Source: Armatimonadota bacterium (GTDB lineage: Bacteria; Armatimonadota; Hebobacteria; CAIYQO01). Taken from it: a stretch of 64,000 nt of DNA. Each line of letters opens with the position of its first letter. The first letter of the stretch is position 1. The stretch spans positions 984-64,983 of the forward strand of contig JAGUZN010000220.1 of assembly GCA_020060775.1 (NCBI GenBank), read 5' to 3'. Positions 9,181 through 18,136 of the stretch are shown one piece after another. The notes below the pieces were generated by a model, which worked only from the letters and a program-made list of their open reading frames with translations, was not told the DNA's origin and ran no database searches. Both the position numbers and the translations under genes were made by a program.

Positions 9181-9939
9181 TTGGTCTCATGGTGGCAGAC
9201 AGAAATCCATACCGTGTTAAGCGACAAGCTGCAAGCGGTGGTGCTGGGCGGCAGCACGGTGCTTGGCGATTTCCAGCCGGGGTGGAGCGATGTCGATGTC
9301 TGCGTGGTGCTGCGTACGCCGATCACGGAAGCCGAAGGCGCTGTTATCGGACAGGTGCACGACGCCATGCGTGCCCACTTCATCGACGGTGGGCAAGATG
9401 GCTGGCGATCAGGTCAGGCCATTGAAGGTGCCTATATCACCGGCGAGATGTTGCAGTATGGACACGCTGGCACCTGTTACGTCGCCGGCGGTAGCACGCG
9501 CTGGTGGGGTGTGAAAGATCCTATTTCGCCGTTCGACCGCCTGATATATGCCCAACACGGTTGCTGGTTGTTTGGTGAAGAAGTGCCTATTGCCCTGCCA
9601 GATGGAAAGGCTTTGCGGGCACAATCTATCCGCGATTCGCAGGAATTCATAAACCCACCAGCCGGGTGCCTGGAATCCGCCATCTGGCTGGCCGGCATCA
9701 TGCACTGGTTGTCCCGCACGCTGGTCTTCTGGCGGGATGGGGAACTGGTATCCAAAACCGCCGCGCTGGAGCGCGAGGTCGCCGCTGGTAGACCGCTGGC
9801 GAGCGCCTTCATCCTGCCCCTGGCCTTGCGGCGGGAGGGGAGTGCAGCGTGCCGGCAGCATGTTGATGATCTTCGGTATAATTACCAGGCGAATCTTGAT
9901 ACGGCTGTGCAGTCATTGGTCGAAGTCGGACTGCTGTAA
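9181..9939 (+). CDS. Nucleotidyltransferase-domain protein (ANT/polymerase-beta superfamily). Start uncertain.
   Basis: 'AVVLGGSTVLGDFQPGWSDVDVCVVL' is a G-S-x9-13-D-x-D NTase signature. The ATG at 9109 listed in the ORF track lies inside the hairpin, so a downstream TTG/GTG start is more likely. Confidence 0.5.
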   Translation: MVSWWQTEIHTVLSDKLQAVVLGGSTVLGDFQPGWSDVDVCVVLRTPITEAEGAVIGQVHDAMRAHFIDGGQDGWRSGQAIEGAYITGEMLQYGHAGTCYVAGGSTRWWGVKDPISPFDRLIYAQHGCWLFGEEVPIALPDGKALRAQSIRDSQEFINPPAGCLESAIWLAGIMHWLSRTLVFWRDGELVSKTAALEREVAAGRPLASAFILPLALRREGSAACRQHVDDLRYNYQANLDTAVQSLVEVGLL

Positions 9940-9951
9940 TAGGGAGGCTAT

Positions 9952-10497
9952 ATGTCCGGATGGATCGAGACTATGAGCAACGTGCAACTGCTACACCCGA
10001 CCACTGATATTGAGCCGGAATACCGGGCGTTCATCGCCGAATTTATCGAGCAGCAGGAGCCAGAGATGTTTTATCGTCTGCCGGGAGACGACTTCGCTGA
10101 ATTCGTGGCGCAGTTGCACCGAGAGGCGCGAGGCGAGGGGCTGCCGGACTGGGCCGTGCCGCAAAATACCCTCTGGGCGGTGCGCGACGCACGGCTGGTT
10201 GGCGTGTTGAAGCTGCGCCATCGCCTCACCCCGGCGCTAGAGAGCCGTGGCGGGCACATCGGCTACTTCGTGCGTCCCTCGGCGCGCGGGCGCGGAATTG
10301 CCACCCGCATGCTGGCGATGGCGCTCGACAAGGCACGAGCCCTTGGCCTCACCCGCGTGCTACTCACCTGCGACATTGACAACCATGCCTCAGCCCGCGT
10401 AATGGTGAAGAACGGCGGCGTGCGCACCACCGACAGCGCGGACCCCGGCACCGGGTTGCCGCTGGCGCGATATTGGATCGATTTGGAGACAAGATGA
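9952..10497 (+). CDS. GNAT family N-acetyltransferase.
   Basis: 'RGRGIATRMLAMALDKARALGLTRVLLTCDIDNHASARVMVKNGG' is the acetyl-CoA-binding motif A region. Confidence 0.75.
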   Translation: MSGWIETMSNVQLLHPTTDIEPEYRAFIAEFIEQQEPEMFYRLPGDDFAEFVAQLHREARGEGLPDWAVPQNTLWAVRDARLVGVLKLRHRLTPALESRGGHIGYFVRPSARGRGIATRMLAMALDKARALGLTRVLLTCDIDNHASARVMVKNGGVRTTDSADPGTGLPLARYWIDLETR

Positions 10498-11126
10498 CGC
10501 AGACCCACTCGGCCATCCGCTGCACCCTCTTCGACTTCGCCGGCACGCTCAGCCCCACGCCGTACTTCTGGCCGCTGGGGGCCGACTTTTGCGCGGTGGT
10601 GACGGAGGCCATCTTTACCGGGGAGAACAAGGTACGCTGGGCCAGCCAGTGGTGCCGCGGTCAGCTCACTTCGTTGGATATCGCGAATTATCTCTCCGGG
10701 TTGACCGGTCTGTCGCCGGAACGCATCCTTACCGCATTAGACGAGGGCTGTGCCAAACTGCAGTTGCATCCGGCTATCTGGCGTTTTGCACAGGCTCAGC
10801 GGGCGCAGGGACGGCGTACTGCGCTGGTGACAATCAACATGGACGTCTTCACCCGCGTCGTCGCCCCCGCGCACGGCTTTAACCGGGTGTTCGATGTGGT
10901 GGTGAACTCGGCGGACTACGGCACGGAGGAGAAGAACGCGCTGTGCGAGATTGCCTTCGGTCAGTTGGATGGCTGCACCTTCGAGAACAGCCTGCTTATC
11001 GATGATATGCCAAAGTGTCTGGACGCCTTTCGGGCATGCGGGGGGATGGCGTACCAGTATACGACGGATGAGGCGTTTGCAGAATGGGCGCAAACTCTGG
11101 AGGAGAGTGGATATGTCCTGGCCTAA
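10494..11126 (+). CDS. HAD-like hydrolase (divergent).
   Basis: ATGA overlap with the upstream GNAT stop. The N-terminal 'CTLFDFAGTL' resembles HAD motif I (DxDGTL). Confidence 0.45.
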   Translation: MTQTHSAIRCTLFDFAGTLSPTPYFWPLGADFCAVVTEAIFTGENKVRWASQWCRGQLTSLDIANYLSGLTGLSPERILTALDEGCAKLQLHPAIWRFAQAQRAQGRRTALVTINMDVFTRVVAPAHGFNRVFDVVVNSADYGTEEKNALCEIAFGQLDGCTFENSLLIDDMPKCLDAFRACGGMAYQYTTDEAFAEWAQTLEESGYVLA

Positions 11127-11805
11127 AGCACTATTGCTGGATTTCTACGGGACGGTGGTACTGGATGACGATGCAGCGTTGACCGCTATTTGTGAAAAAG
11201 TGGCCTTGGTTGCCGCGCAGGACGTGTCAGCCAAAGACGTCGCCTCCTACTGGTGGAGGCAGTTTACCGAACTCTTCCAACAAAGTCACGGTGACGAATT
11301 TCGAACGCAAGTGGAACTCGACATTCTCTCCCTCGAGCGGGTACTGGACCATTTCTGTGCACCACTTGATGCCAAGGCGCTAATCTCACCGCTCTTTACG
11401 TACTGGGAAACACCGGAAATGTGGCCGGAAGCGCGTGAAGTATTAGAGCAATGTGATCTGCCAATTTGCCTGGTCTCGAACATCGACAATGCAGAACTCG
11501 CTATCGCGCTACAGAGGAACAATCTCACCTTTCAGTATATCGTCACCAGCGAGGATTGCCGCGCCTACAAGCCGCATCCGGCGCCTTTTATGCGCGCGCT
11601 GGAATTACTCGGATTGGAGCCACACGAGTTATTGCATGTAGGCGATTCGTTGACCAGTGACGTGCGGGGCGCACAGGCGCTGGGCATTCCGACGTTATGG
11701 ATTAACCGGACGGGGCGAAAGCTTCCGGAAGATTGTTCGCCTGAATATGTTGCGACTGATCTATATGGCCTACTTTCGGTATGCGTAACGGCGGTAACGC
11801 CATGA
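11113..11805 (+). CDS. HAD-superfamily hydrolase, subfamily IA.
   Basis: 'ALLLDFYGTVV' (motif I) and 'HVGDSLTSDVRGAQALGIPTLWINR' (motif IV). The start at 11113 is chosen over the 10951 ORF extension because it follows the upstream stop and conserves the HAD N-terminus. Confidence 0.7.
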   Translation: MSWPKALLLDFYGTVVLDDDAALTAICEKVALVAAQDVSAKDVASYWWRQFTELFQQSHGDEFRTQVELDILSLERVLDHFCAPLDAKALISPLFTYWETPEMWPEAREVLEQCDLPICLVSNIDNAELAIALQRNNLTFQYIVTSEDCRAYKPHPAPFMRALELLGLEPHELLHVGDSLTSDVRGAQALGIPTLWINRTGRKLPEDCSPEYVATDLYGLLSVCVTAVTP

Positions 11806-12647
11806 AGGTTGAACGGTTTGATGATCCTCACGCCTTTTGCGACCGGGTGCTCCCCCTGTTGCTGCGGCATGAGGCCGAGAACAACCTGATGATCAGCGTC
11901 GCTCTGCGCCTGGCAGACGGCACCGGCACGTGGGGTGATGCCCCACCCGTGCTGTATGCGGTGGAAGATGCCGGACAGATGATAGCTGCAGCGCTGCAGA
12001 CACCGCCGCATTACCTGCAACTGACGCGGATGGGGGAAGATGCGCTTGCGTGTCTCGTTGATGCGTTACGGGCTGGCAATCATGCACTGCCGGGCGTGTT
12101 GGGGCCCGTCGGGGTGGTAGAGACATTCGCAAAGCGCTGGGCAGATGGCCGTGAGCTACAGGCACAGGTTGAGAAAGGTATGGGCATCTACCAGTTGGAG
12201 CGTGTGGTACCGCCGGCGCATCCTGGCGGGCTACAGGCGTTAGCAACCGAAGACGATATCCCCCTGCTGCTGGAATGGCTGCGAGATTTCTTCCACGACA
12301 CCGGGCTCCCGGAGCAGGAGAACGAAGCGCTCATACGCAAGGCGCTGTCTGATGAACGCTTTTTTCTCTGGCAAGCTCCTGCCCCCGTCTCGCTGGCGGC
12401 CTGCTGCGGCCCGACGCCGCACGGCATGCGCATCAACTCCGTCTATACCCCGCCGGAGCAGCGGGGCAAGGGCTATGCCTCCGCCAACGTCGCCGCGCTC
12501 AGCCAGCACCTGCTGGACAACGGCTGCCTGTTCTGTTATCTGTTTACTGATCTCGACAACCCGACCTCGAACAGCATCTACCAGAAGATCGGGTACCGGC
12601 GGGTGTGCGAGTTTACGTCGGTGCGGTTTACCGATGTGCAGGGGTAA
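11802..12647 (+). CDS. GNAT family N-acetyltransferase.
   Basis: 'PEQRGKGYASANVAALSQHLLDNGCLFCYLFTDLDNPTSNSIYQKIGYRRV'. ATGA overlap with the upstream HAD gene. Confidence 0.7.
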   Translation: MKVERFDDPHAFCDRVLPLLLRHEAENNLMISVALRLADGTGTWGDAPPVLYAVEDAGQMIAAALQTPPHYLQLTRMGEDALACLVDALRAGNHALPGVLGPVGVVETFAKRWADGRELQAQVEKGMGIYQLERVVPPAHPGGLQALATEDDIPLLLEWLRDFFHDTGLPEQENEALIRKALSDERFFLWQAPAPVSLAACCGPTPHGMRINSVYTPPEQRGKGYASANVAALSQHLLDNGCLFCYLFTDLDNPTSNSIYQKIGYRRVCEFTSVRFTDVQG

Positions 12648-12653
12648 CGGATA

Positions 12654-14564
12654 TTGCTTATCCCATCACGGGAAAGAATGTGTGATATGGAACGCTTCGC
12701 CCCGTATACCGAGAACATCCTTCGCATTGACCCGGCGCATCATGCGAAAGCTGCCTTGATTACGACCGGGAACCTGGACAACGCGTACCAGGAATACCGC
12801 CGTGATATTCAGCGGCGGACGCTCTGGTTGTGCCAGCACGGCCAGTGCGAACCCCGGTTCTTCGCTGGGGATGACGCTCATGCGCCGGCATGGGCGCCGT
12901 CTGATCGGTGGGTCGCCTATCTCTGCCGGGCGTCCGGCACGACACAACTCTGGGTCGCCCAGTCTGATGGTACGCAACCTCGTCAAGTGACAGCCTGGAT
13001 GCCGGACGAGGATAATGCGTTTCAAGGGGCACTGATCCTATGGACCCCCGATGAGCGCAGCATGGTCTTCACATCATCTACAGGAGATGGCATCCGTATC
13101 ACGGGGGTGGCGGTATCTGGTCGCGATCCATTTGTCGTTGCCGAACTCCCGTCACCGCAAGGCCATTTGTTGGGATGGGACCTCGATGCCACGCGATGCC
13201 TGGTCTCGACGAGAACGAGTATCGTGTCTCTCGCAGTCAAAAGCGGCACCTGCGAGACACGGTGCGCAGAACAGCATGATCATGCCTGGCTCGATCATGC
13301 TGGTGATCTCTGGCTTACCCGGATCATGGATCATGAACTCCATGTTGGCCTGGTTGCCGATGCCGGAATATGCGCATGGCAATGGACATTGCCATTTGAT
13401 ACGGTGGTCGACAACATCTATGCGTTCGATGCGCAACGGCGCGTGGTCTACCTGCTGCGCCATGCAGGAATGATGCGTCAGTTACTGGCATGGCACTTAC
13501 CCACGGGAGTCGTACGTGATTGCACGCCACCTGACACCGTGGTTGCGGCAGAATGTGAACGAGTTCCATCGCCAGCGATATACAGCAACGCTTGCTGGTT
13601 TTTCGCATCGACCTCAGTGCATGCGGCGGAAGTCTACCGCGTGACCCCTGACAGTGTCCCCATGAGAATGACCAGCCGGGTACCACAGATTCAGCCCGCC
13701 ACTCTGCCGGAAAGTCGGCGCATCACCTGGCAGAGTGCGGGGTGGGAGATCGAAGGCATCCTCGTGCTGCCGACCACCCAGCAGGAAGCTGCACCACCGT
13801 ACCCCACTGTCGTGTATTTGCACGGGGGGCCGGAACTTGAGGTGCAATATGCCTTTGAGACGCTGGCCAATCGTCGCGGGCAAAGTGCTGCGTATGACCT
13901 GGCCGCCGCAGGATTTGCCGTACTGTTGCCAAACGTCCGGGGCAGCCGCGGATACGGACGGGCTTTCATGGCCGAACTGGGAGATTACCACCTGTTTGAT
14001 CAGCCGTTCGCCGATGTCATGGCGGGGGTCGATACCTTGGTCGCTTCCGGGATTGCCGACCCGGCACGGTTGGGCATTTATGGATTCAGCTACGGCGCGG
14101 AGCTGGCCCTCTGGGCTATCGGTCACACCTCGCGCTTTGCCGGGGCTGTGGGTATCTGTGGGCGGTATGATCAGGAGCATCTTGCGCGCTGTTCCGGTGC
14201 CCCGTTTCACACCCTGAACGCGACACGATTAGGGGCCGCGGACCCCCAGGAGGTCTGGCAGAAGCCAGAGCTCTGGCAGCACCTGTCACCAATGCACCAT
14301 ATCGATAAGATACAAACGCCCGTGTTGTTAGTGGAAACAGCGGCGGAACGGCGTCCTGGCACGGAAGCGCAACCGCTACTGTCGGCGCTCCTGCAGCAGG
14401 GGGTCGAGTCGCACCTGCGGTATTATCCCGAGGCGTTTCATGGTGGAGGATGGCATCTCGGTTATCAGGAAGACTACTCGCGACGGTTGGTCGCCTGGTT
14501 CCGGCATATCCTGCTGGGGGAAGCATTGCCCGCAAGGTTTAGCGTGCAACAAGAGGGTATGTAA
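12654..14564 (+). CDS. S9 family serine peptidase (prolyl oligopeptidase / acylaminoacyl-peptidase-like) with an N-terminal beta-propeller.
   Basis: Nucleophile elbow 'GFSYGAELALW' (GxSxG). N-terminal WD/TolB-like repeats. Confidence 0.72.
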   Translation: MLIPSRERMCDMERFAPYTENILRIDPAHHAKAALITTGNLDNAYQEYRRDIQRRTLWLCQHGQCEPRFFAGDDAHAPAWAPSDRWVAYLCRASGTTQLWVAQSDGTQPRQVTAWMPDEDNAFQGALILWTPDERSMVFTSSTGDGIRITGVAVSGRDPFVVAELPSPQGHLLGWDLDATRCLVSTRTSIVSLAVKSGTCETRCAEQHDHAWLDHAGDLWLTRIMDHELHVGLVADAGICAWQWTLPFDTVVDNIYAFDAQRRVVYLLRHAGMMRQLLAWHLPTGVVRDCTPPDTVVAAECERVPSPAIYSNACWFFASTSVHAAEVYRVTPDSVPMRMTSRVPQIQPATLPESRRITWQSAGWEIEGILVLPTTQQEAAPPYPTVVYLHGGPELEVQYAFETLANRRGQSAAYDLAAAGFAVLLPNVRGSRGYGRAFMAELGDYHLFDQPFADVMAGVDTLVASGIADPARLGIYGFSYGAELALWAIGHTSRFAGAVGICGRYDQEHLARCSGAPFHTLNATRLGAADPQEVWQKPELWQHLSPMHHIDKIQTPVLLVETAAERRPGTEAQPLLSALLQQGVESHLRYYPEAFHGGGWHLGYQEDYSRRLVAWFRHILLGEALPARFSVQQEGM

Positions 14565-14642
14565 TGGCCTAGATAAGCGGTATGGCTCTCACCACATCGT
14601 GACGGGCCGGGTACAAGCATACCCGGCCCCCCCGATGACAGG

Positions 14643-15896
14643 TTACACCATCCGCACCAGCTTCCGCTGCTGGTTATCCCAACGCCATTCGGCTTGAGTA
14701 CCGTACAGGTGGACACCACCGAGCCAACGGTCGATGCCGTTGAGGGTGATCCAATCGGCCTGACCACGCATGACAGCTTCACCGTCGGAGGTAAGGGTAT
14801 ATGTTGTCTGAGTAATTGGCCAATCGCAGCGCGGAAGATCATGCGCGTGTTCGAGTCCACTGATAGTCAGAAGCGGATATTCGCGCGAAGCTAGCGGCTC
14901 GAGTTGATCAAATAGGTAGGAGAGACCGAAATAGGCAGGTTGCTCGAGGTCTGAGAGCCGGTGGAATATCTGATCATAACGATGATACCCATTGGCGACC
15001 AGTTCGAGGATCTCCTGCTCCATGCGATTCACCCCGTTTAGCAACGTGGGAAAGCGTTCCAGATGCTTCAGCAGCGCTGGGGCTAGATACGGGAGTGCAG
15101 AAGTGTCACCAGCAAGCACATGCTCAATCGAGGTCGGGTCCGCCGAACGGTAAGCCTGCCATGCTGCGACACCCAGGGTTGTTTGCACAGCGGACACCGG
15201 CTGTCGCTGCGGCAGCAAGCCGGCCAACTGCTCGTTGGATAGCTCACCCAGGCCATGGAAGACAGGTTTGCCCGGGTACTCGCCAATGCAGATGAGGCTG
15301 AGGGTAGTTCTGCCAAGCGTCTGGCGAGAGAACCAATCGAGTTGGCGGCAGAGCACGACCTGGTCGTATAAGCATGCGTCAAACCAGAGCACCACTTCCT
15401 GATACTCGGGAAACTCGGCTAATCGCCGGTCCATGTTCTGCAATGCCTGGATCGCCTGTGCGGGTGTCGGGAAGATTTCGGTGAGTTGCTGGGCACGCAA
15501 TTCCAGCCACTGCTGCTCCGTAACCCCGGAGGGAGTCGGCCCCTCGATCAGCGGGTCCAGCCAAGTCATGACGGTGCCAGGCACTCGGCTCTCGCGCAGA
15601 ACCAAGGCGGGCAGTTCGATGCAGAAGACGTGGAGATATCGCCGGGGGTCTTCCTGTTCGACATACTGCTTCAACGCACGCCAACTGGTGAAACCATAAT
15701 CTTGTGCAAGCGCAAATTGCATCTCCGTGAGTGTGACATCGGCTGATAGGATCTCATCCGGTGAGGCTGATGTAAATCGATGGAGATGCCGCAACACCGT
15801 ACAGACGGTCTGATCGCCCTGCTGGTGCGCGCGGAGGAGTGACTTGGCCTGCTTTTTGAGGTTTTCCAAGCTAGGCCGTGAAGGTAAGCTGGTCAT
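14643..15896 (-). CDS. Hypothetical protein.
   Basis: Start moved to the internal ATG (MTSLPSRPSLENLKK..), which is preceded by AAAGGAGG. No family recognised. Confidence 0.45.
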   Translation of the reverse strand: MTSLPSRPSLENLKKQAKSLLRAHQQGDQTVCTVLRHLHRFTSASPDEILSADVTLTEMQFALAQDYGFTSWRALKQYVEQEDPRRYLHVFCIELPALVLRESRVPGTVMTWLDPLIEGPTPSGVTEQQWLELRAQQLTEIFPTPAQAIQALQNMDRRLAEFPEYQEVVLWFDACLYDQVVLCRQLDWFSRQTLGRTTLSLICIGEYPGKPVFHGLGELSNEQLAGLLPQRQPVSAVQTTLGVAAWQAYRSADPTSIEHVLAGDTSALPYLAPALLKHLERFPTLLNGVNRMEQEILELVANGYHRYDQIFHRLSDLEQPAYFGLSYLFDQLEPLASREYPLLTISGLEHAHDLPRCDWPITQTTYTLTSDGEAVMRGQADWITLNGIDRWLGGVHLYGTQAEWRWDNQQRKLVRMV

Positions 15897-16095
15897 ATGA
15901 CCTCCTTTCAACATTTGCCTGGCGTCTGCAATCACAGGCTGAAAGAAGGTGTCTTCATTCAGGGAACACGCATGGCAGGCTTGGCCCTTTCCGCAGACTG
16001 GAGGTGCCCATGACACACCTCTGTGGAGTATAATCAGTTGAACAGGTGCTGTCAACGGCAAGCGACAGCCGACAGCCTTTTCGAGGGAAGACCCG

Positions 16096-16941
16096 ATGCA
16101 CGCAGTGACTTATCACATCGCTCCGCCAAGCTGGACACACGAAGACCCGAATCCCTTCACTGCCGACGGCAGCTACGGGCCGGGTTGGAGCTGCTTTCGC
16201 ATTCGTGAGGAGACAGATAGCCGTGGGTGGAATGGTCGAGGAACAAACGGCCTTTTTGCCTATGTGGTGGGTCGCGGATGGAAGCGCAATCTGGCCGCTG
16301 ATCTGGCTGACTTCATCCGCTATGAATCCATCTACGGGCGGCAGTGCATCATCAGCGTGCCGGCAGATATGGGGTGCACCTTCGTCGAGCGAGCATTGGC
16401 TGAGACGCCGGACTGGTCGGTGGTGCGCCCGGATGACCCGAAATGGCTGGTGCATTCCACCACCGTACAGGGGTGGGCGGCCATTCAAGCCTGCGGCGAG
16501 TTGCGTGCGCAGGCCCGCTTGCGCCGAGAAGGTGTCGTCATGCCCAACCTGGGCGGCGACTGGCTGGGAGAGCCGGCGGATTACGCCGACTACATCATCC
16601 TGGCGACCGCTGGCGCCATGGCTCCCGAGTTCGTAGTGGCTTCCCGCAACGCCAACCGACTGCACACCGAACCGGACACCCCCTACACGCCGGGAGCGCG
16701 TCTCTTCTTCGACGGGCACCAGATGATTCGCGACGGCTTGATCGTCCGCGACGGCCTGCATGGGGCCAAGGTATACGACCATCTGCCACTCGATCCCTAC
16801 TTGGTCGCTGCGGTGACGTCACACGACCTTGACCCCGAGGGGGAAGTCACCGCCTGGACGCCAAAGTCATTCTGCTTAGCGGCGCTGGAATATTTTTCGT
16901 CGGTTGTGGGGGAGCCAGTGCCGTATGAGCATTGGGCGTGA
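16096..16941 (+). CDS. Hypothetical protein.
   Basis: 281-aa ORF in the expected orientation. No motif recognised. Confidence 0.4.
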   Translation: MHAVTYHIAPPSWTHEDPNPFTADGSYGPGWSCFRIREETDSRGWNGRGTNGLFAYVVGRGWKRNLAADLADFIRYESIYGRQCIISVPADMGCTFVERALAETPDWSVVRPDDPKWLVHSTTVQGWAAIQACGELRAQARLRREGVVMPNLGGDWLGEPADYADYIILATAGAMAPEFVVASRNANRLHTEPDTPYTPGARLFFDGHQMIRDGLIVRDGLHGAKVYDHLPLDPYLVAAVTSHDLDPEGEVTAWTPKSFCLAALEYFSSVVGEPVPYEHWA

Positions 16942-16962
16942 TATTGAAGGCGGAGAGATCGC

Positions 16963-18009
16963 ATGCGGCAGACACCCTTCACACAGGAACAATGGGCCGA
17001 CATCCTGCAGCGAGTGGTGGGATGGACCGATACCCGCGTGACAACGATTGACGTATTACGGGGGCAACACCCGCCGTATACGTGTCGGCTGTCGCTCGTC
17101 GGGAGTCAGGCACCATGTCCGATCATTGCCAAGGTCGCCGTTCCCTATGGCCCGCGACCGGCGGATGTGGAAGGCCTGCTCCATGCGTGGTTGCTCGCCG
17201 TAGGGGCGCCGTTGCCGCGGCTGTTGTGGCATGGCATGATTGCTAATGACATGGCGCTGGTGTTGCTCGACGATCTCGCCATAACGCACCGACTGCACAC
17301 CCACGAACACCTGTGGTCGCCGGACGAGATACGCGCCGTAATGTCGGCCACGGCGCAATTCCATGCCGCCGGGATGCGCTTGCCTCTTGCGCAGCTGCGC
17401 CACCGGCATCCCTGGCTCGTGCCGGCCTCCTCGATATGGAGCTCCTGGTTGCCGGATATTTGCGCGCGCGCATCACGGCCGCCGTTACGGGTCACCGACC
17501 CCCATTCCCTGGAAGCGTTGCAGCGGCTGCATGACTGGATGCAGCGGTATCGCACACCACTCACTGCATGGGAAACGATCATCCATGCGGACATCTTTTG
17601 GGGCAATGTGGCACTCTATGATACGGTTGATGGTGTGCAGGCCACCCTCCTCGATCTCGGTTCGGCATCGATTGGACTTCCTCAGTATGACGCCGTTTAT
17701 CTCAGGCTGCGTGGTGGTTTCCCCACTGATGCCGGCGATGACATCTGGCCACACAGTGATCGCTGGTATGAAGACGTGCTGCGTCCGCTGCTCCCAGCGC
17801 GACACACGGATGGGCCGTCCTGGGACGTGGCACAGGCTGTTGCCGAGGTGCAAATGAATCTGGAATGGCATGCCCATATTATCGCACTGCTCGATAAAGG
17901 CGATCAGGCCACCCTACAAGACCGGGATCTCCTCGCCAGGCAAGTGCGCGGCCCGTTATTCGGTGAGACATTCATACACCTGTGCCAGCGACTTTTTACA
18001 TTTGTATAA
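16963..18009 (+). CDS. Phosphotransferase-family protein (APH / choline-kinase-like small-molecule kinase).
   Basis: Brenner motif 'IIHADIFWGN' (HxDxxxxN) and 'LLDLGSA' (DxG). Confidence 0.55.
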   Translation: MRQTPFTQEQWADILQRVVGWTDTRVTTIDVLRGQHPPYTCRLSLVGSQAPCPIIAKVAVPYGPRPADVEGLLHAWLLAVGAPLPRLLWHGMIANDMALVLLDDLAITHRLHTHEHLWSPDEIRAVMSATAQFHAAGMRLPLAQLRHRHPWLVPASSIWSSWLPDICARASRPPLRVTDPHSLEALQRLHDWMQRYRTPLTAWETIIHADIFWGNVALYDTVDGVQATLLDLGSASIGLPQYDAVYLRLRGGFPTDAGDDIWPHSDRWYEDVLRPLLPARHTDGPSWDVAQAVAEVQMNLEWHAHIIALLDKGDQATLQDRDLLARQVRGPLFGETFIHLCQRLFTFV

Positions 18010-18136
18010 TGCGAGATTGAGAGCATGATGTCGTGAATCTCACGCAGAGTTGCGGGAGACGAAGCGAGAGCGGGAACGATAAAGACTTGTGTCCTGCGTC
18101 ATGGTTATTACGCGATCATGCTCTCGAATGCCAGGG

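Noticed and set aside
10951-11112. N-terminal extension of the HAD gene (ORF 10951..11805) overlapping the preceding gene by about 175 nt.
   Set aside because: The extension is in another frame of the upstream coding region and lacks HAD motif I. The ATG at 11113, with the classic DxYGTVV-type start, fits better.
12240-12759. Overlapping alternative-frame ORFs (for example 12352..12759, Arg/Pro/Ser-rich) inside the GNAT and peptidase genes.
   Set aside because: Their composition is typical of off-frame translation of GC-rich DNA, and they are incompatible with the motif-supported reading frames.
15955-16782. 275-aa minus-strand ORF overlapping the 16096..16941 plus-strand gene. Similar long antisense ORFs occur at 24999..26129, 50992..52497, 54862..56052, 38409..39650, 23007..23573 and 29196..29816.
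   Set aside because: They lie opposite well-supported genes with recognisable domains in a GC-rich genome, where stop-codon-poor antisense frames are expected. None shows a family motif or an RBS.
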